A stretch of 64,000 bases of DNA from Octopus sinensis (GCF_006345805.1 NC_042997.1:45694001-45758000); one strand, 5' to 3'; numbered from the stretch's first letter, positions 38,815 through 53,501 are shown. Numbers and translations are program-made. Notes: generated by a model not told the origin, from the letters alone.

Positions 38815-40725
38815 AATTCTTTTACTCATTTCGGCCATGCGGCCGTGGGCTTGATGCAGCACCACCATGGTCCTTCTGACTTCCACAGTGTGGGTGTTTC
38901 ACATCACCACTGCTATATGTGCCTTTGTCCCATCTATTGGTACGTTTGGTGTATAAGGGACTTTGATTTCGCTGCCCTCGTATGTACCTCCTGTCCGGCT
39001 GTTGGTTCATCCGGTATTGTGGAGAGGAGGATGTCTAGTTCCCTTTTGAAGATATCTACTTCCACCTTATGCAAATTTCTTAATTTTTGTGGTAGGGCAT
39101 TGAAGATATGTGGGCGTTTGAACCTTAGACCGGGTCCTGAATTTAGATGGAGTGGATGGTACTTTTGGTACAATACAATGGCGGCCAGGTCTGGCATTTG
39201 TATAACACTTAAAGCCAAAGTTAGCTACTAGCCCTTCTAGGATTCTCTATATGTATATTATTGCCTATATCTCACGTCTTCGCTCCAGGGTGTAAAGATG
39301 TAGTTTTCTCAGCCTATCTCTGTAGCTCATCCGCTGCACTGTTTTAATTTTTTTAGTGGACTGCTTCAAGCTCCGCTGTTAGTTTGGTACTATGTTGTGA
39401 CCATAATTGGGAGGAGTAGGCCAGGCGGCTGACAACAAAGATTCTCCACAGAGTCAACACAGTTTCTTGGTCTCTTGTCTTGAAAGGCCTCAGTATGCAT
39501 CCTGCCAATTGTCTGCACTTTGTTGCCATCTTGCTAATGTGTATATGAAAGGCTGCGTCATTGCACATACTGACCCCCTAAGTCTTTCACTGCCTCTGAC
39601 TTTGGGACTGTACTGACTTCGGGTCCTGTATATGTAGATTGTACTGTATTTGTGAGTTGATGGTGCAGTGGTTGAAATTTTCCAGCATTAAACTGCATGT
39701 TGTTTATTTCGGCCCATCATCTTGGTTTTTTATTGCTTATGTAATTTTGTATCATCGGCACAGCTAGTGACAGTGGCTGTCCGAGTGACCGTGGGCATAT
39801 CTAAGTGGGCAATTATAAACAGCAATGGCCCCAGAACAGTTCCCTGGGGGACACCACTTAGGATTTGAGTTTCCTAAGAAAGGACATCATTGGCTGCAAC
39901 TACCTGACTTCTGTTTTTAAGGAAGTCATGCAGCCACTCTCCCAGTTTACCAGCAATACCAAGGTCACGTAGCTCATGACATATCATGTCATGATCTATC
40001 TTATCAAATGCTCTTGCGAAGTCAAGGAATATCACATTGACGTCTGAATGGTCAAGCAGCTGCTTCAAAACCCAGTGATATTGCTGTAGGAGCTGTGTCA
40101 GGCAGCTTCTAATTGGACAGAAGCCATGCTGTGTATTGTTCAGTAGGTCATTTTTTTCTAGGAATATTTTCAACTTCTCTCTGATGATTCGCTTCATGAC
40201 TTTGCTGATATGCGAAGTCAGAGAGATTGGCTTGTAGCTTTAGGCCCCGGCTCTGCTTCCACCTTTGTGGATAGGGCATATAATGCCTCCTTTCAGCTTT
40301 TTAGAAAGTATACCACTTGCAAGAAAACTTTGGAAAATTATCTGAAGTGTTTTCGTTAAAGCCTGCTTACATGACTTTAGGAGAATAGCTGGGAAGCCAT
40401 CAGGACCAGCGGTGGAGCATGACCTCATTTCATCTATGGTCGCTATTACATGTTTCCTCACTGTTGATGCAATATATGGCTGGTGCCTCCCTTTTTTAGA
40501 GCTGCAATATCAAAGAATTCAGTCGGATTTTTTATCTGCATGTGTCCAAGGAGGGAATTGAAGACACTTTTAAATTGTTCACTGAATATTTTACTTATAT
40601 TTTCTGGGTTCGCCGACAGTGAGTCATTCTTTTGGAACAATGGTCCTATTTTATATTGTATTATGGCTGTTTTCTTTTGCGAATTTATAGAAAGTGTTGG
40701 GGGTTTGTTTAGTGCTTTCCACAGC

Positions 40726-40765
<40 letters not shown>

Positions 40766-40845
40766 ACTCTTTCCCTTTCGTGAGAAAGTTTGATCTTGCT
40801 TTCAATTTCTAGGAGCATCCGTGTTAAGATAGACTTCTCTCTATC
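38815..40845 (-). mobile_element. CR1-like LINE, 5'-truncated, decayed RT
   Basis: AGPDG, YKPISLTS, QHGF..RSCLTQLL, LDFARAFDKIDH, SGVPQGTVLGPLLF, CADDTK, LERRRE. The 3' tail resembles the SINE A tail. Confidence 0.88.
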
Positions 40846-40926
40846 CTTTGAACCGAACATTTACCTCTCCCGCGTGCTTGACCTTTTCACACACACAGAC
40901 ACACACACGCGTGCACGCTGAACACG

Positions 40927-40960
<34 letters not shown>

Positions 40961-41400
40961 ATCGGAGCACACAACCCAACACAACCACAGAGCAGCACAC
41001 GCAAACATATCTCTATTTACAGTTCACCTCATTTCCATTGTATAGCTTAGTACTGATTATACTGATAGTCGTGCAAAGCCTGTTTCTTTGTAACTCTCGT
41101 GGAAAATAAAGAAACGGTTATTATAATCCTAATTAATACTATAATTATTTTTACTTTTAATTTTCTGAGGGGAAAAAGAAAATTCGTAATTATATAAATG
41201 AATTAAAAAATAGAAAATAATTAGTGAGCTATTGCTAATTTTGTTGATATTGTTAAACAGACTCCTTTCATATGGATTCCATCTCTTTCTTTTTATTTTA
41301 ACAATTTTATCGTTTAACAGCCTAATGTAATATAACAAAATATTTCATTATGTGTGTGTTTGTGTGTTACAAGGAGTTGGAACAAACAGATTGCGTGCAC

Positions 41401-41484
<84 letters not shown>

Positions 41485-41661
41485 CTGTATGTATGTTTAT
41501 ATATATATATGTATATATATAATTTATATATAGAGATTGTGTGTGTATATATATATATATGTACATCATCTGTAAATAAATACGTATATAACATACTTCT
41601 GTGTGCATGAATATGAATACGAATAAATGTGTGTATGCAAGCCAATATAGGTTTGTCATTG

Positions 41662-41692
<31 letters not shown>

Positions 41693-41738
41693 TATATACA
41701 TACATACATATATATATATATACATACATATATACATA

Positions 41739-41779
<41 letters not shown>

Positions 41780-42650
41780 ATATATACATACATATATATA
41801 TATATATATACATACATATATATATATATATACATACATATATATATATATATATACATACATATATATATATATACATACATATATATATATATACATA
41901 CATACATATACATACATACAATATATATATACATACATATATATATATATAATATATATACATACATATATATATAATATATATATACTATACATACATA
42001 TATATATATATATACATACATATATATATACATACATATATATATAATACATTATATACATACATACATAATATATATATACATACATACTATATAAGAT
42101 ATATTACATACATACATATATATAATACATACATATATATATACATACATATATATATACATACATATATAATATATATATATATATACATACATACATA
42201 TATATATATATATACATACATACATATATATATATATACATACATACATATATTATACATACATATATATATACATACATAATATATATACATACATAGA
42301 TATAGATATATACATATAATATATACATACATATATATATACATACATATATATATATATACATGCCTATATATATACAACATTATATATACATATATAT
42401 ACATACATATATATATATAATATACATCATATATATATATACATACATATATATATATATACATACATATATATATACATACATATATATATATATATAG
42501 ACATACATATATATATACATACATATATATATATATACATACATATATATATACATATATATATATACATATATATATACATACATATATATAGCATACA
42601 TATATATATATATATAATAATACATACATATGTATATATAAATGTATGGA
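41401..42650. repeat. (TCTA)n plus ~1 kb (TA)n/(TACA)n microsatellite
   Basis: Direct reading. Confidence 0.95.
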
Positions 42651-43834
42651 ATAATAACGTATGCCCATGAATACACACAGACACACAGACACACACAAAT
42701 GCTTGTATGTGGTGTGTGTGTGTGTGTATACGATTGTATGAATAAATATTTGTATGTAAATATCGTTTTTTCCATTATTGTATAATGAAACTATGTTCGT
42801 TTCGTTGAAAACATTTTCTAACTACGGAAGCATTCTAAATCAAAATTCACTTTTCTTTCATCTTTGTATTAGATGAAAAGTTTAAAAATAGAATCTTTCA
42901 AGAATTCAAAGTTGTTGTTTCTCCTATTTATTTAGTAAGGTAATTTATTTTGTTTTTGTTGTAGTCGTTGCCTCTGTTATTGTTGTTGCTGTGGTTCTTT
43001 TGTGTTTTCTTCCAGTTCTTTTTCTCTTCTTCTTCTTCTTCCACCGCCATCATCCCCACCACATCCCCTCTTTTCCTTCTCCTCTCCCCATTCTCTTTCC
43101 CTCCTTATCTCCCTTTCTCCTCCTTCTCCAGTAAATATATTTCTTTAAATTTATATAAATTATGCATTGACATAATAAAGTGTTTATTTTTATATTCTGT
43201 GAGCAGCATTTAAAACGGTATAAATATTTATTTATAAAGTTCCCCCGACTACAAGAAAGTCATCATATTTTCATCTTTTGAAAAAAAATTATTTTTAGAA
43301 AATGGCGTTTATAAACGATCGGTGAAAAGATATGACGACGACAACGACGACGAAGATAATGATGATGATGATGATGATGATGATGGTGATACTGATGATG
43401 GTAATGAAGATGAGACTCCATTATCATCAACGTCATCTTTTTCATGAACATTAACAGCCCCTACCACTCCCACCAACGCTGCCTCCACCGACGCCGCCGC
43501 CACCACAGCAGCAGCAGCAGCAATGGTTACTAACAACACTGCTACAAAGAGAACTGATATGAGAACAACTTCGATTATAAATAAATGACTTCACATTTAG
43601 ACACAAGGCCAGCAATATCGGGGAAGGGGTAAGTTGGTTACATCGACCCCGTTGCTCAGCTGCTACTTATTTTATCGACCCTCGGTGGAATTTGTTTCCA
43701 AATTTTAGTACAAGGCCAGACATTTTGGGGAAAGAGTAAATCGTTAATATCGATCCCAGTGCCCAACTGGTACTTGTTTTATTGATCCCCAAAGGATGAA
43801 AGGCAAAGTCGACCCCGGCGGAATTTAGGCAGAC

Positions 43835-44482
43835 GTAAAGAATACGCACACTACCCGTTTTTGGTGTAACCCTAACCCTAATATTAAACACTAACCCTAA
43901 ACCCTAATCCTAAACACCGGGTGTGTGTATTACTCTTTTACTCTCTTTCACTTGTTTCAGTCATTTCACTGCGGCCATGCTGGAGCACCGCCTTAAATCG
44001 AGCAAATCGACCCCGGGACTTATTATTTGTAAGCCCAGTACTTATTCTATCGGTCGCTTTTGCCGAACCGCTAAGTGACGGGGACATAAACACACCAGTA
44101 TCGGTTGTCAAGTAATGCATGGGGGCAAACACAGACACACAAACACACACATATATATATACATATATACGACAGACTTCTTTGAGTTCCCGTCTACCAA
44201 ATCCACTTAGAAGGCTTTGGTCGGCCTGAGGCTATATTAGAAGACAGTTACCCAAGGTGCCACGCAGTGGGACTGAAGCCGGAACCATGTGATTGGTAAG
44301 TAAACACAGCACTCCTGTAAAATATTCTTTATTCCACCAAAATGTTTATTAAAAAATTATTGCTTTCAAATTCCGGCACAAGGCCAGCAAATTCGGTAAA
44401 TTGTTTATGGCGAAGGTAAAAAATAGGGTTAGGGTTTAGGCTTAGGATTACACCGAAAACGGGTGGTGCGCGTATTCTTTAC
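43835..44482. mobile_element. Foldback/MITE-like element with telomere-like subterminal repeats
   Basis: gtaaagaatacgcacactacccgtttttggtgtaaccctaaccct at 43835 versus its reverse complement ending at 44482. Confidence 0.75.
43931..44316 (-). mobile_element. SINE family A nested in the foldback element
   Basis: Family A body and tail. Confidence 0.88.
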
Positions 44483-44489
44483 CGCCCAC

Positions 44490-44925
44490 AGAATTTGAAC
44501 TCGGGACGTAAAGACGGACGAAATGCCGCTAGTCACTTCTTCCGAAGTACTAACGATTCTACCTGCTCATCGCCCTCGCGACTACTAATACTGATTTTTA
44601 ATTTTTGGCACAGCAACTTCGTGAAAAGTGGTTAGTCGATTTAATCGACCGCAGAACTCGATTGGTATTATTGTATTGCGCTAATGATTCTACCAGCTCA
44701 CCGCATTCACAACTACCAATATTAGTTTCAACTTTTGGCAATTTCGGGTGAGGAACTGAAATCGATCACATCGAATCCAGTGCTCAACTGGCACTTATTT
44801 TATCGACCCTGAAAGGATGAAAGGCAAAGTCGATCTTGGAAGAATTTGAACTCAGAACGTACAGCCGAGTGAAATGCTGCTAAATACTTTTCCCAACGTG
44901 CTAACGATTCTGCCAGCTCGCACAT
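44490..44925 (-). mobile_element. Tandem diverged SINE family C copies
   Basis: Repeated ctaacgattct(a/g)cc...gctc heads. Confidence 0.7.
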
Positions 44926-45258
44926 ATTATAACCATTTCCATCACAGCAAAAGCTACTGCTGCTGCTGTGCTGCTGCTACTACTACTACTAGAAGAAGTA
45001 TCTACTTGGCCGCTGGAAATAGCAGCCAAATCAACATCAGATTGCACTCTACTATACTATAAACGGAACGACTGGCTGGAGAATGTAGACTTACGCATGG
45101 TATGGAAAGAACAATCAATGGAATGGTCATGCCGGAATGCCATTGTTTTGAGGATTGCTAACCTGAGGCTAAACAATGACGACAAGAAAATCCGCAGCAA
45201 CAATAAGAACAGCAACAACAACAACAACAACAACAACAGCTACTACTACTACTTCTAC

Positions 45259-45293
<35 letters not shown>

Positions 45294-45729
45294 TCATCTT
45301 CAACAGAATTATTTCTACTACTGCAACAACTACACTACAAGTACCTGTACCACTGTGCTATACGCAACTATTACGGATAGGGTATGATAAACAAACAAGA
45401 GACCATCTATGTAGTCATTCGAGGTGATGGAAAGAACAGTTAAAAATCTCTTTTAAGAAGTATTCTACTGTCTTGAAAATGCATAAACACAGCACTGAAA
45501 TATTTCGCCATCCGTGTGCGAAAGTCGTCACAGAACAACAGAAGCCACGACTCTATAAAACATGCGCTTAGTTAAACTTGGGACTACAGATCAAAATACC
45601 CTCCATCTTACATCCACTTCGCAGCAGAATTATCAACTAAGAAGTCTACTATAATGTAATTCTTTGTCTTTATTCGCGTTACCAATGTATCCCTGTGTCT
45701 TTCACTCTCCTTACCGCTACATATGACTC

Positions 45730-45785
45730 TACATTCTGATGATGTCTACCACTACAACTGGTAAACAGAAACGATCATAAATGTA
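45730..45785 (+). ncRNA. Minimal type-I hammerhead ribozyme
   Basis: UACAUU-CUGAUGA-UGUCUACCA(CUACAAC)UGGUAAACA-GAAA-CGAUCA-UA-AAUGUA. One G>A change in the stem III palindrome. Confidence 0.72.
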
Positions 45786-45909
45786 CTATTACTACCACTT
45801 TTCTTTATTAATTAATTAAATTAATGGCTTACTAGCGCAAACGACCAACTTCTTCCTGTTATTTTTTCTTCCATTTTCTTCTTGCATATATATATATATA
45901 TATATATAT

Positions 45910-46890
45910 ATTTCAACAATTGGGGGGCAAATTAATAATTATTAATCAATTTCACCAAGTGTTCAGTATGCAAAGGGACCATTCAAGGCGAATTCAAAAT
46001 ATTATACATTATATAAAAGGGCTTAGTAAAATAAATTACTTTGCCGCATACTGAACTCATTAGAAATAGCAGCTAAAAAAAACTTTTTTAAGGCTATTTC
46101 TAATACTTAAAGGAAAATCTCTCTCATATATAGTGTTTGCATAATTCAACCACAAAAGTTTAAGTATTAGAAATAGCCTTAAAAAGTTTTTTAGCTGCTA
46201 TTTCTAATGAGTTCAGTATGCGGCAAAGTAATTTATTTTACTAAGCCCTTTTATATAATAAATATATATATATATTTCAACAATTGAGGGTAAAATAATT
46301 AATTATTAATCAATTTCACCAAGTATTCAGTATGTAAAGGGGACCATTTTAGGCGAATTCAAAATATTACATTATATATAAGGGCTTAGTAAAAATAAAT
46401 TACTTTGCCACATACTGAACTCATTAGAAATAGCAGCTAAAGAATTTCTTTCGCTATTTCTAATACTTAAAGAAGATCCTCTCAGATAGTGGTTGCTCAA
46501 ACCAACTCACAAAGGTATGGGAAAAAAAAACATTTAAAAATCAAGTGCAAAGGTTATTTGAGAACGTACGTTTCTAGATTAGTCAAATCGACATTTCTTT
46601 CGTCAGCTAGAAAACTCCTTGATTCGGATTTGGGAACACTGAAAGGTGGGAGCATCCCTTTTGGCTCTTATCACCTCTAGAATTCTGCTCGAACTCTAAA
46701 GTGCTTTCAAATTCAAAATATGCAAGCGAAGAATTTCTGCTCTCCCCTTTCCACCAGCGTGGGTTGAAATTGATAACACTATGTTTTATCGGTGAAAACC
46801 GAAGCATTAAACAGAGAGAAATGAATTATAATTTCAACAATTGAGGGTAAAATTAAGTAATTATTAATCAATTTCACCAAGTATTCAGTA
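45910..46890. mobile_element. PLE-like terminal-repeat cluster with direct and inverted copies
   Basis: tttcaacaattg...aatcaatttcaccaagt at ~45911, ~46275 and ~46832, plus perfect inverted arms ~46009-46110 / 46159-46259. Confidence 0.75.
46561..46608 (-). ncRNA. Minimal type-I hammerhead ribozyme with intact core
   Basis: Minus strand AG-CUGACGA-AAGAAAUGUC(GAUUU)GACUAAUCUA-GAAA-CGUACG-UU-CU. Stem I is short. Confidence 0.7.
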
Positions 46891-46958
46891 TATATGGTAT
46901 ATGGTATATATATATATATATATATATAGATTATATGTATATATATATAGATATATAT

Positions 46959-47036
<78 letters not shown>

Positions 47037-47048
47037 TATATATATATG

Positions 47049-47652
<604 letters not shown>

Positions 47653-47685
47653 CGATATATATATATATATATATAGATATATATA

Positions 47686-47731
<46 letters not shown>

Positions 47732-47751
47732 ATATATATATATATGATATA

Positions 47752-47790
<39 letters not shown>

Positions 47791-47952
47791 TATATATATA
47801 TGTATGTATATATATATATATATGTATATATATATAATATATATATATGTATATATTTATATATATATATAGGTATTATATATATAATATGTATATATAG
47901 ATATATATATGTATATATTATAATAATATATATATGTATATATATATATATG

Positions 47953-50812
47953 TCTCCAGGCCTATGGAAATTGCATCAAACCCACTCGACCAAAATGCCT
48001 TAACCAAAACCAAGACCGAAACCAAAACCAGAACAAATTCAAGCTGCCCCAGAAATATGCAGACATAGTGCGGAATGCCCCAACCAAGGAGAATGCGCAC
48101 ATTTGCAGAGGAAATGCAGACGGCGGCAGCAGAACAAGAAATTTGTGGAAATAGCAGAGAAAATGTGGGACAACTGGCCTGGATACATCGACAGCCTTTA
48201 TTGACACCCCAAATATCTCACCAGTGCTCTGCTGAATGTCAGAGGTCTGGTGAAACCACTAATATGAGTAAAATTCCTTACCTTAGGGACTTAAGCACAA
48301 GCAACCATGCAATATGCATAGCGCTGACTGAAACGCACCTGTCAAGCAGTATAGTATAGCAGATGCAGAAATACAACGTACGCAAAGTATACTGTTTTTC
48401 GGTCAGACAGGAAGGAAGAAACTCATGGTGGGGTTGCCCTGTACGTCCGTGAAGATGTCACACCCATAGTACTGTTGACACACTCAAACCTCAGTCTGTG
48501 ACACACTGATAGTACACATGAAACAACCGAAAATAGTAAGTGTGTCACATATCGGCCACCAGACACCCCTAGTCATGAAGGAGTGTTTGAAGATAGCCTC
48601 AGAAGAATAGAAGAAGTCCTGGACAAACTGGACCAGGGTAACACCATTCTACTGCTGGGAGATTTAACCTTCCGAAAGTCAAATGGCCAGATGGCCATCT
48701 CCTCCCATGAAGACATCACTTGAACAGAGACAGACAGAGTCCTTGTTGGCTCTCACACAGCAAGTTTTTCATGGAACAAGCAGTGCTTCGGCCAACAAGA
48801 GGTGAGAATGTCTTGGACCTCTGTTCACAAGCAACCCGATGCTCATCCACAACATAATGGTAACACCTACAATTCTCTCAGATCACAACTTAGTAGAGGT
48901 AATGATATATGGTATGAGAGAGTTAGTTGAGACGCAGCCATTAGAAAATACCACACAGGCCTATCCAGTCTAAACTTCCATAAGGCAAACTGGAAGAAGA
49001 TCAACGAAGAGATCCGAAAACATGACTGGAGGACTTCATCACCACACAAGAGACCAACACAACATTCCAACATTTCATGAAACAATACAGAACATATGCC
49101 ATAAGTTTGTCCCGGAGAGAAAAAAGCCAGCGGGCATAGGAACGTTATTCCCAGAGACAGGAAAATTACTTATGAGGCGAAGAGCTAAGCTCTCGAAGCA
49201 ACTGAATGCACGGCAGGAGAAACAATAAGGGACTCCACCTGAAACTTTTGAAACGGAAACTGCACTCAAACTTTCCTATGAGAAGGAGAGGGCAGAAGAG
49301 AGAAGCATGGCCATAGAGAATATTAAAACAAACCCTAAAGCTTTCTTTAAATTTGCAGAAAGAAGAAACCACCTCGACGTCGCACATAAGTAAGGTCATG
49401 GAACGAATCATCAGAAAAAAACTGATCACGTTCCTCGAAGAAGAACTAACGTCTCACTGAACACAGCATGGCTTTCGCCCAGGAAGAAGCTGCCTTACGC
49501 AGCTGTTACAACACTACGACTGGGTACTGAAACAACTACGGATTGCTCACAGGTGGATGTGGTATATCTCGACTTTCGAGGCCTTTGACAAAGTCGACCA
49601 CGGAGTGATATGTCACAAATTACTCAGACTCGGCATAACAGGAAAAGTAGGGTGAGTGGATACATGACTTCCTGAAGGACAGAAGCCAGATGGTTGAGCC
49701 AATGGAGCCCTCTCGGGAAAGACACCAATAGCACGGGGGCGGGTGCCACAGGGCACAGTCTTGGGACCCTTGCTGTTTTGGTGGCGCGCTCTGACATGCC
49801 CTTGGTAGCACAAAAACAACATCCCTCACTAGCTATGCTGATGACACAAAGGTAGCACAGGCAATCAAAAACCCAGCTGATGCTGACCTTTTACAACAAG
49901 ATCTGGATGCCAATACAAATGGGCTGAAACAAAACATGCAATTTAATGCTGGTAAATTTCAAGCCTTACAATATCAAGCTGTGTAACACATATACATTAC
50001 AACACAAATATACTGGTCCAGGAGGGATCGAAATCCCAGTATCGAAATCAATACGGGACCTGGGATAGACATGAGGGACGATGCATCTTTTTCTCACAAC
50101 ATCGCGAAGGTGGCGACAATGTGCAGACGACTCACTGGCTGGATCCTGGGGACATTTCCGGACCAGAGACTGCGAGAACATGTTGACACATGGAGGAATT
50201 GTCCTAAGCGCCTAGACTAGGGCTCCCAACGGTGGTCACCGCATTGTGTCAAACTAACCACAGAGCTTGAGACAATCCCCAAGACATTTCACCAAGAGGA
50301 TTTCCACCATGAAAGAAAAGAACTATTGGGAGAGGCTGGGAACTCAATTTGTACTCCTTGGAACGAAGACGAGAGAGATATGCAGTGATATACATATGGA
50401 AAATCCTGGAGGGACTAGCACCAAATTTTGGAATTGAGAGCTGTTTCAATCCCCGTACAGGTCGTCACTGTGTGGTGCCAAAGGTCCCGTCTTCCACATC
50501 CAGGGTAAGGAGCAGATACTGTAATAGCCTGGGGTTCAGGGGCCTCAGCTGTTCAACAAACTGCCAAGAAAACTAAGAGATCTACATGATGCGGATGTGG
50601 ACATTTTCAAAAAAACATCTAGACAAGCTGCTTTCCGGGATCCCAGATGAACCCACTGCAAGGTAAGAAGGTAACTAAGGGCAGCAGCTACAAACTTCTC
50701 TTAGATCAGTGGCCTGGCACGGCAAACTGGACTTAGAGAGGGTAGCAACAAGGGCGGTGCCCCAGCATGGCCTCAGCCGGATGGCTGAAACAAGTAAAAG
50801 AGTAAAAGAGTA
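47953..50812 (+). mobile_element. CR1-like LINE with AP endonuclease and RT, frameshifted and internally deleted
   Basis: IALTETHL, HGGVALYV, YRPP, LLGD, SDHNL, then QHGF, VPQGTVLGPLLF, YADDTK, LERRRERY, and a (GTAAAAGA)n tail. Confidence 0.9.
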
Positions 50813-50813
50813 A

Positions 50814-50859
<46 letters not shown>

Positions 50860-51231
50860 ATATATATATATATATATATATATCTATATGGTATTATAGA
50901 TATATATATGTATATTATATATATATATATGTATATATATACATATATAGTATATATATATATTATGTATATATATATATTACTATATATATATAATATG
51001 ATATTATATCTATATATATATATATATATGTATTATATGTATATATATGTATATATATATGTATATATATGTATATATATATGTATATATATATGTATAT
51101 ATATGTATATATATATGTATATGTATAATATATATATGTATATATATATGTATATATATGTATATATATGTATATATAATATATATGTATATATATGTAT
51201 ATATGTATATGTATATATATGTATATATATG

Positions 51232-51966
51232 TATGGACAGCAACATAAGCTGGGCTACACATATAAGCAGCAAAGTTGACATGGCCCGCAGAATGTGTTC
51301 CTGGATTCTCAGAACCTTCCAGTCGAGAGTTTCCCACGCTATTATCCTTCTCTTCTCCACTTTTTGCCCGACCCCACTTGAATACTTGCTGTCCACTGTG
51401 GTCTCCCTACACAAAACAAAATATTATGAGAATTGAAGCTCCCCAAAGGTCAATCACAAAAAAGATAGATGCATGTCAGACCTTGATACTGGGGTAGACT
51501 AGAGAAGCTGAAATTGTATTCACTCCAACGACGCCGTGAACGCTACATTATCTGTATGATGTGGAAAAATATTCCACCAGCACTGTCCGAATGATGTTGG
51601 CATCACCTTCAAAATGCATCCAAGGCTTGGGACCACGTGCCATCCGTCTACAACAAAAATCTAAATCGCATCACATAACGACAATACGGCACAACTATTT
51701 CACCTCAATTGGACCTGCTCTGTTCAAATTACACCAGAGCACGTCAAAAAAGAAAAATGACCACACAAAATTCAAGAAGTTTTTGGACAAATTCCTTCAA
51801 ACAGTACCGGACAAACCACCCACACCCGGATGTCTCCGCAAAAAAACTCTCTGCTCGATGGGCCTTGGTGCCCAAATCCTGAACTGAAAGACTTCAACCA
51901 GGTGGTGCTATTAAGTTAGACATGGCCTGGGCCAATACTGGCCAAACCTTTCTAAGTTTTCAAGTA
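51232..51966 (+). mobile_element. CR1-like LINE 3' fragment (same family as 47168-47652)
   Basis: WILRTF...[16 protein letters not shown] and the same 3' end. Confidence 0.82.
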
Positions 51967-51968
51967 TA

Positions 51969-52022
<54 letters not shown>

Positions 52023-52102
52023 GTATATATATAATAGGATATATAGATATGTATATATATATATATTATATATGTATATATTATAATATGTATATAAATA
52101 TA

Positions 52103-52176
<74 letters not shown>

Positions 52177-52619
52177 ATGTATATATATATATATGTATAT
52201 ATATGTATATCATATATGTATATATATGTATATATATGGAATATATATATGTCTATTATATATGGTAAATATATATATATATAGTATATCATATATATAA
52301 TATTGATTATATATATTATATATGTATATATATATATGTATATATAGTATATATATATATGTATATATATGTATATATATATGTATATATATATATATAT
52401 ATGTATATATTATATAGTATATATATATATGTATAATATATTATGTATATATATATATGTATAGATGTATTATATATATATATATGTAATATATATATAT
52501 AGATATATATATATATATATATATATATAGGTATATATATATATGTATATATGTATATATATATATATGTATATATATATATAATATTATATTATATATA
52601 TATATATTATATAATATAT

Positions 52620-52657
<38 letters not shown>
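51966..52657. repeat. (TA)n microsatellite
   Basis: Direct reading. Confidence 0.95.
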
Positions 52658-53177
52658 GAAGGAGAGAGAGAGAGAGAGTTTACGCCATAAGTATAGAAAT
52701 TAGAAACATTCTAAAATTCTTATAACGTCAACAGCATACAATTCTCGCTGATAGGAAGAAAGCTTCTGAAATGGATACAGAATTTCGAAAGATTGCTTTG
52801 GTTCAATGGTCAACGCCTCTCATAATTACAGAGGAATGTAGGTTCGTGCCCAACGGACAGCCTTCGACATTTTCTATCGAAAAAGAGAAAGGTTTTTAAT
52901 CCAATATATACATACACCTAGTAGCATATATTTACTTCGAGTTCTACAGTTAAAAGTGGATTATATATATATATATATATATGAGTTCAAAGGGATAGAT
53001 AATCCTGGAGGTTACTGTGTTTCCTCTTAAATCAGTTTTATATGCTAACCTCAGCGAACCTTTGGTGATACCCCAGTTAGCAATAAGTTGCTAGACTCTG
53101 ATAGTTATTCTCGCTTGGTGAATCCGAGAGTCCTATTAAGGACTGCATAGTTTCTGTAGAGTAAGAAATAATATAAA

Positions 53178-53488
53178 TAATAATCAAGAGAATAGAGATT
53201 TTCCACGTCTTTAATTTTATTAAACGGTTATGTACAGTATTTTTTCTTGGACCTACGCGCGTTTCAACTGTATCGGCTGCACATTGTTAGTTATGCATCC
53301 TGGTCACTTTGTACGGTAGTAAATAATGGACCCCGATGAAGCTGTGCCTACGGTGACACTAGTATGCTTATCTTACAATGTAAAGTCGATCCAGTTGAAA
53401 CGCGCGTAGGTCCAGGAAAGCATGCTGCAAATAGCTGTTTAATAAAACTATGGATGTGGAAAAATCTCCGTTCTCCTGATCATTATTA
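53178..53488. mobile_element. Inverted PLE-like terminal repeat (foldback)
   Basis: 53178-53307 is a diverged reverse complement of 53352-53488. Confidence 0.75.
53327..53414 (+). ncRNA. Minimal type-I hammerhead ribozyme (U4C variant)
   Basis: UGGACC-CCGAUGA-AGCUG...CAGUU-GAAA-CGCGCG-UA-GGUCCA. Confidence 0.75.
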
Positions 53489-53501
53489 ATACTATATATA
53501 T

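Noticed and set aside
41050-41130. HHR-like fragments (ctgatag … gaaacggtt) near a small inverted repeat
   Set aside because: The core is not CUGANGA and there is no consistent stem II.
49830-49850. ctgatga match
   Set aside because: It is the YADD codon run of the LINE RT, with no HHR stems.
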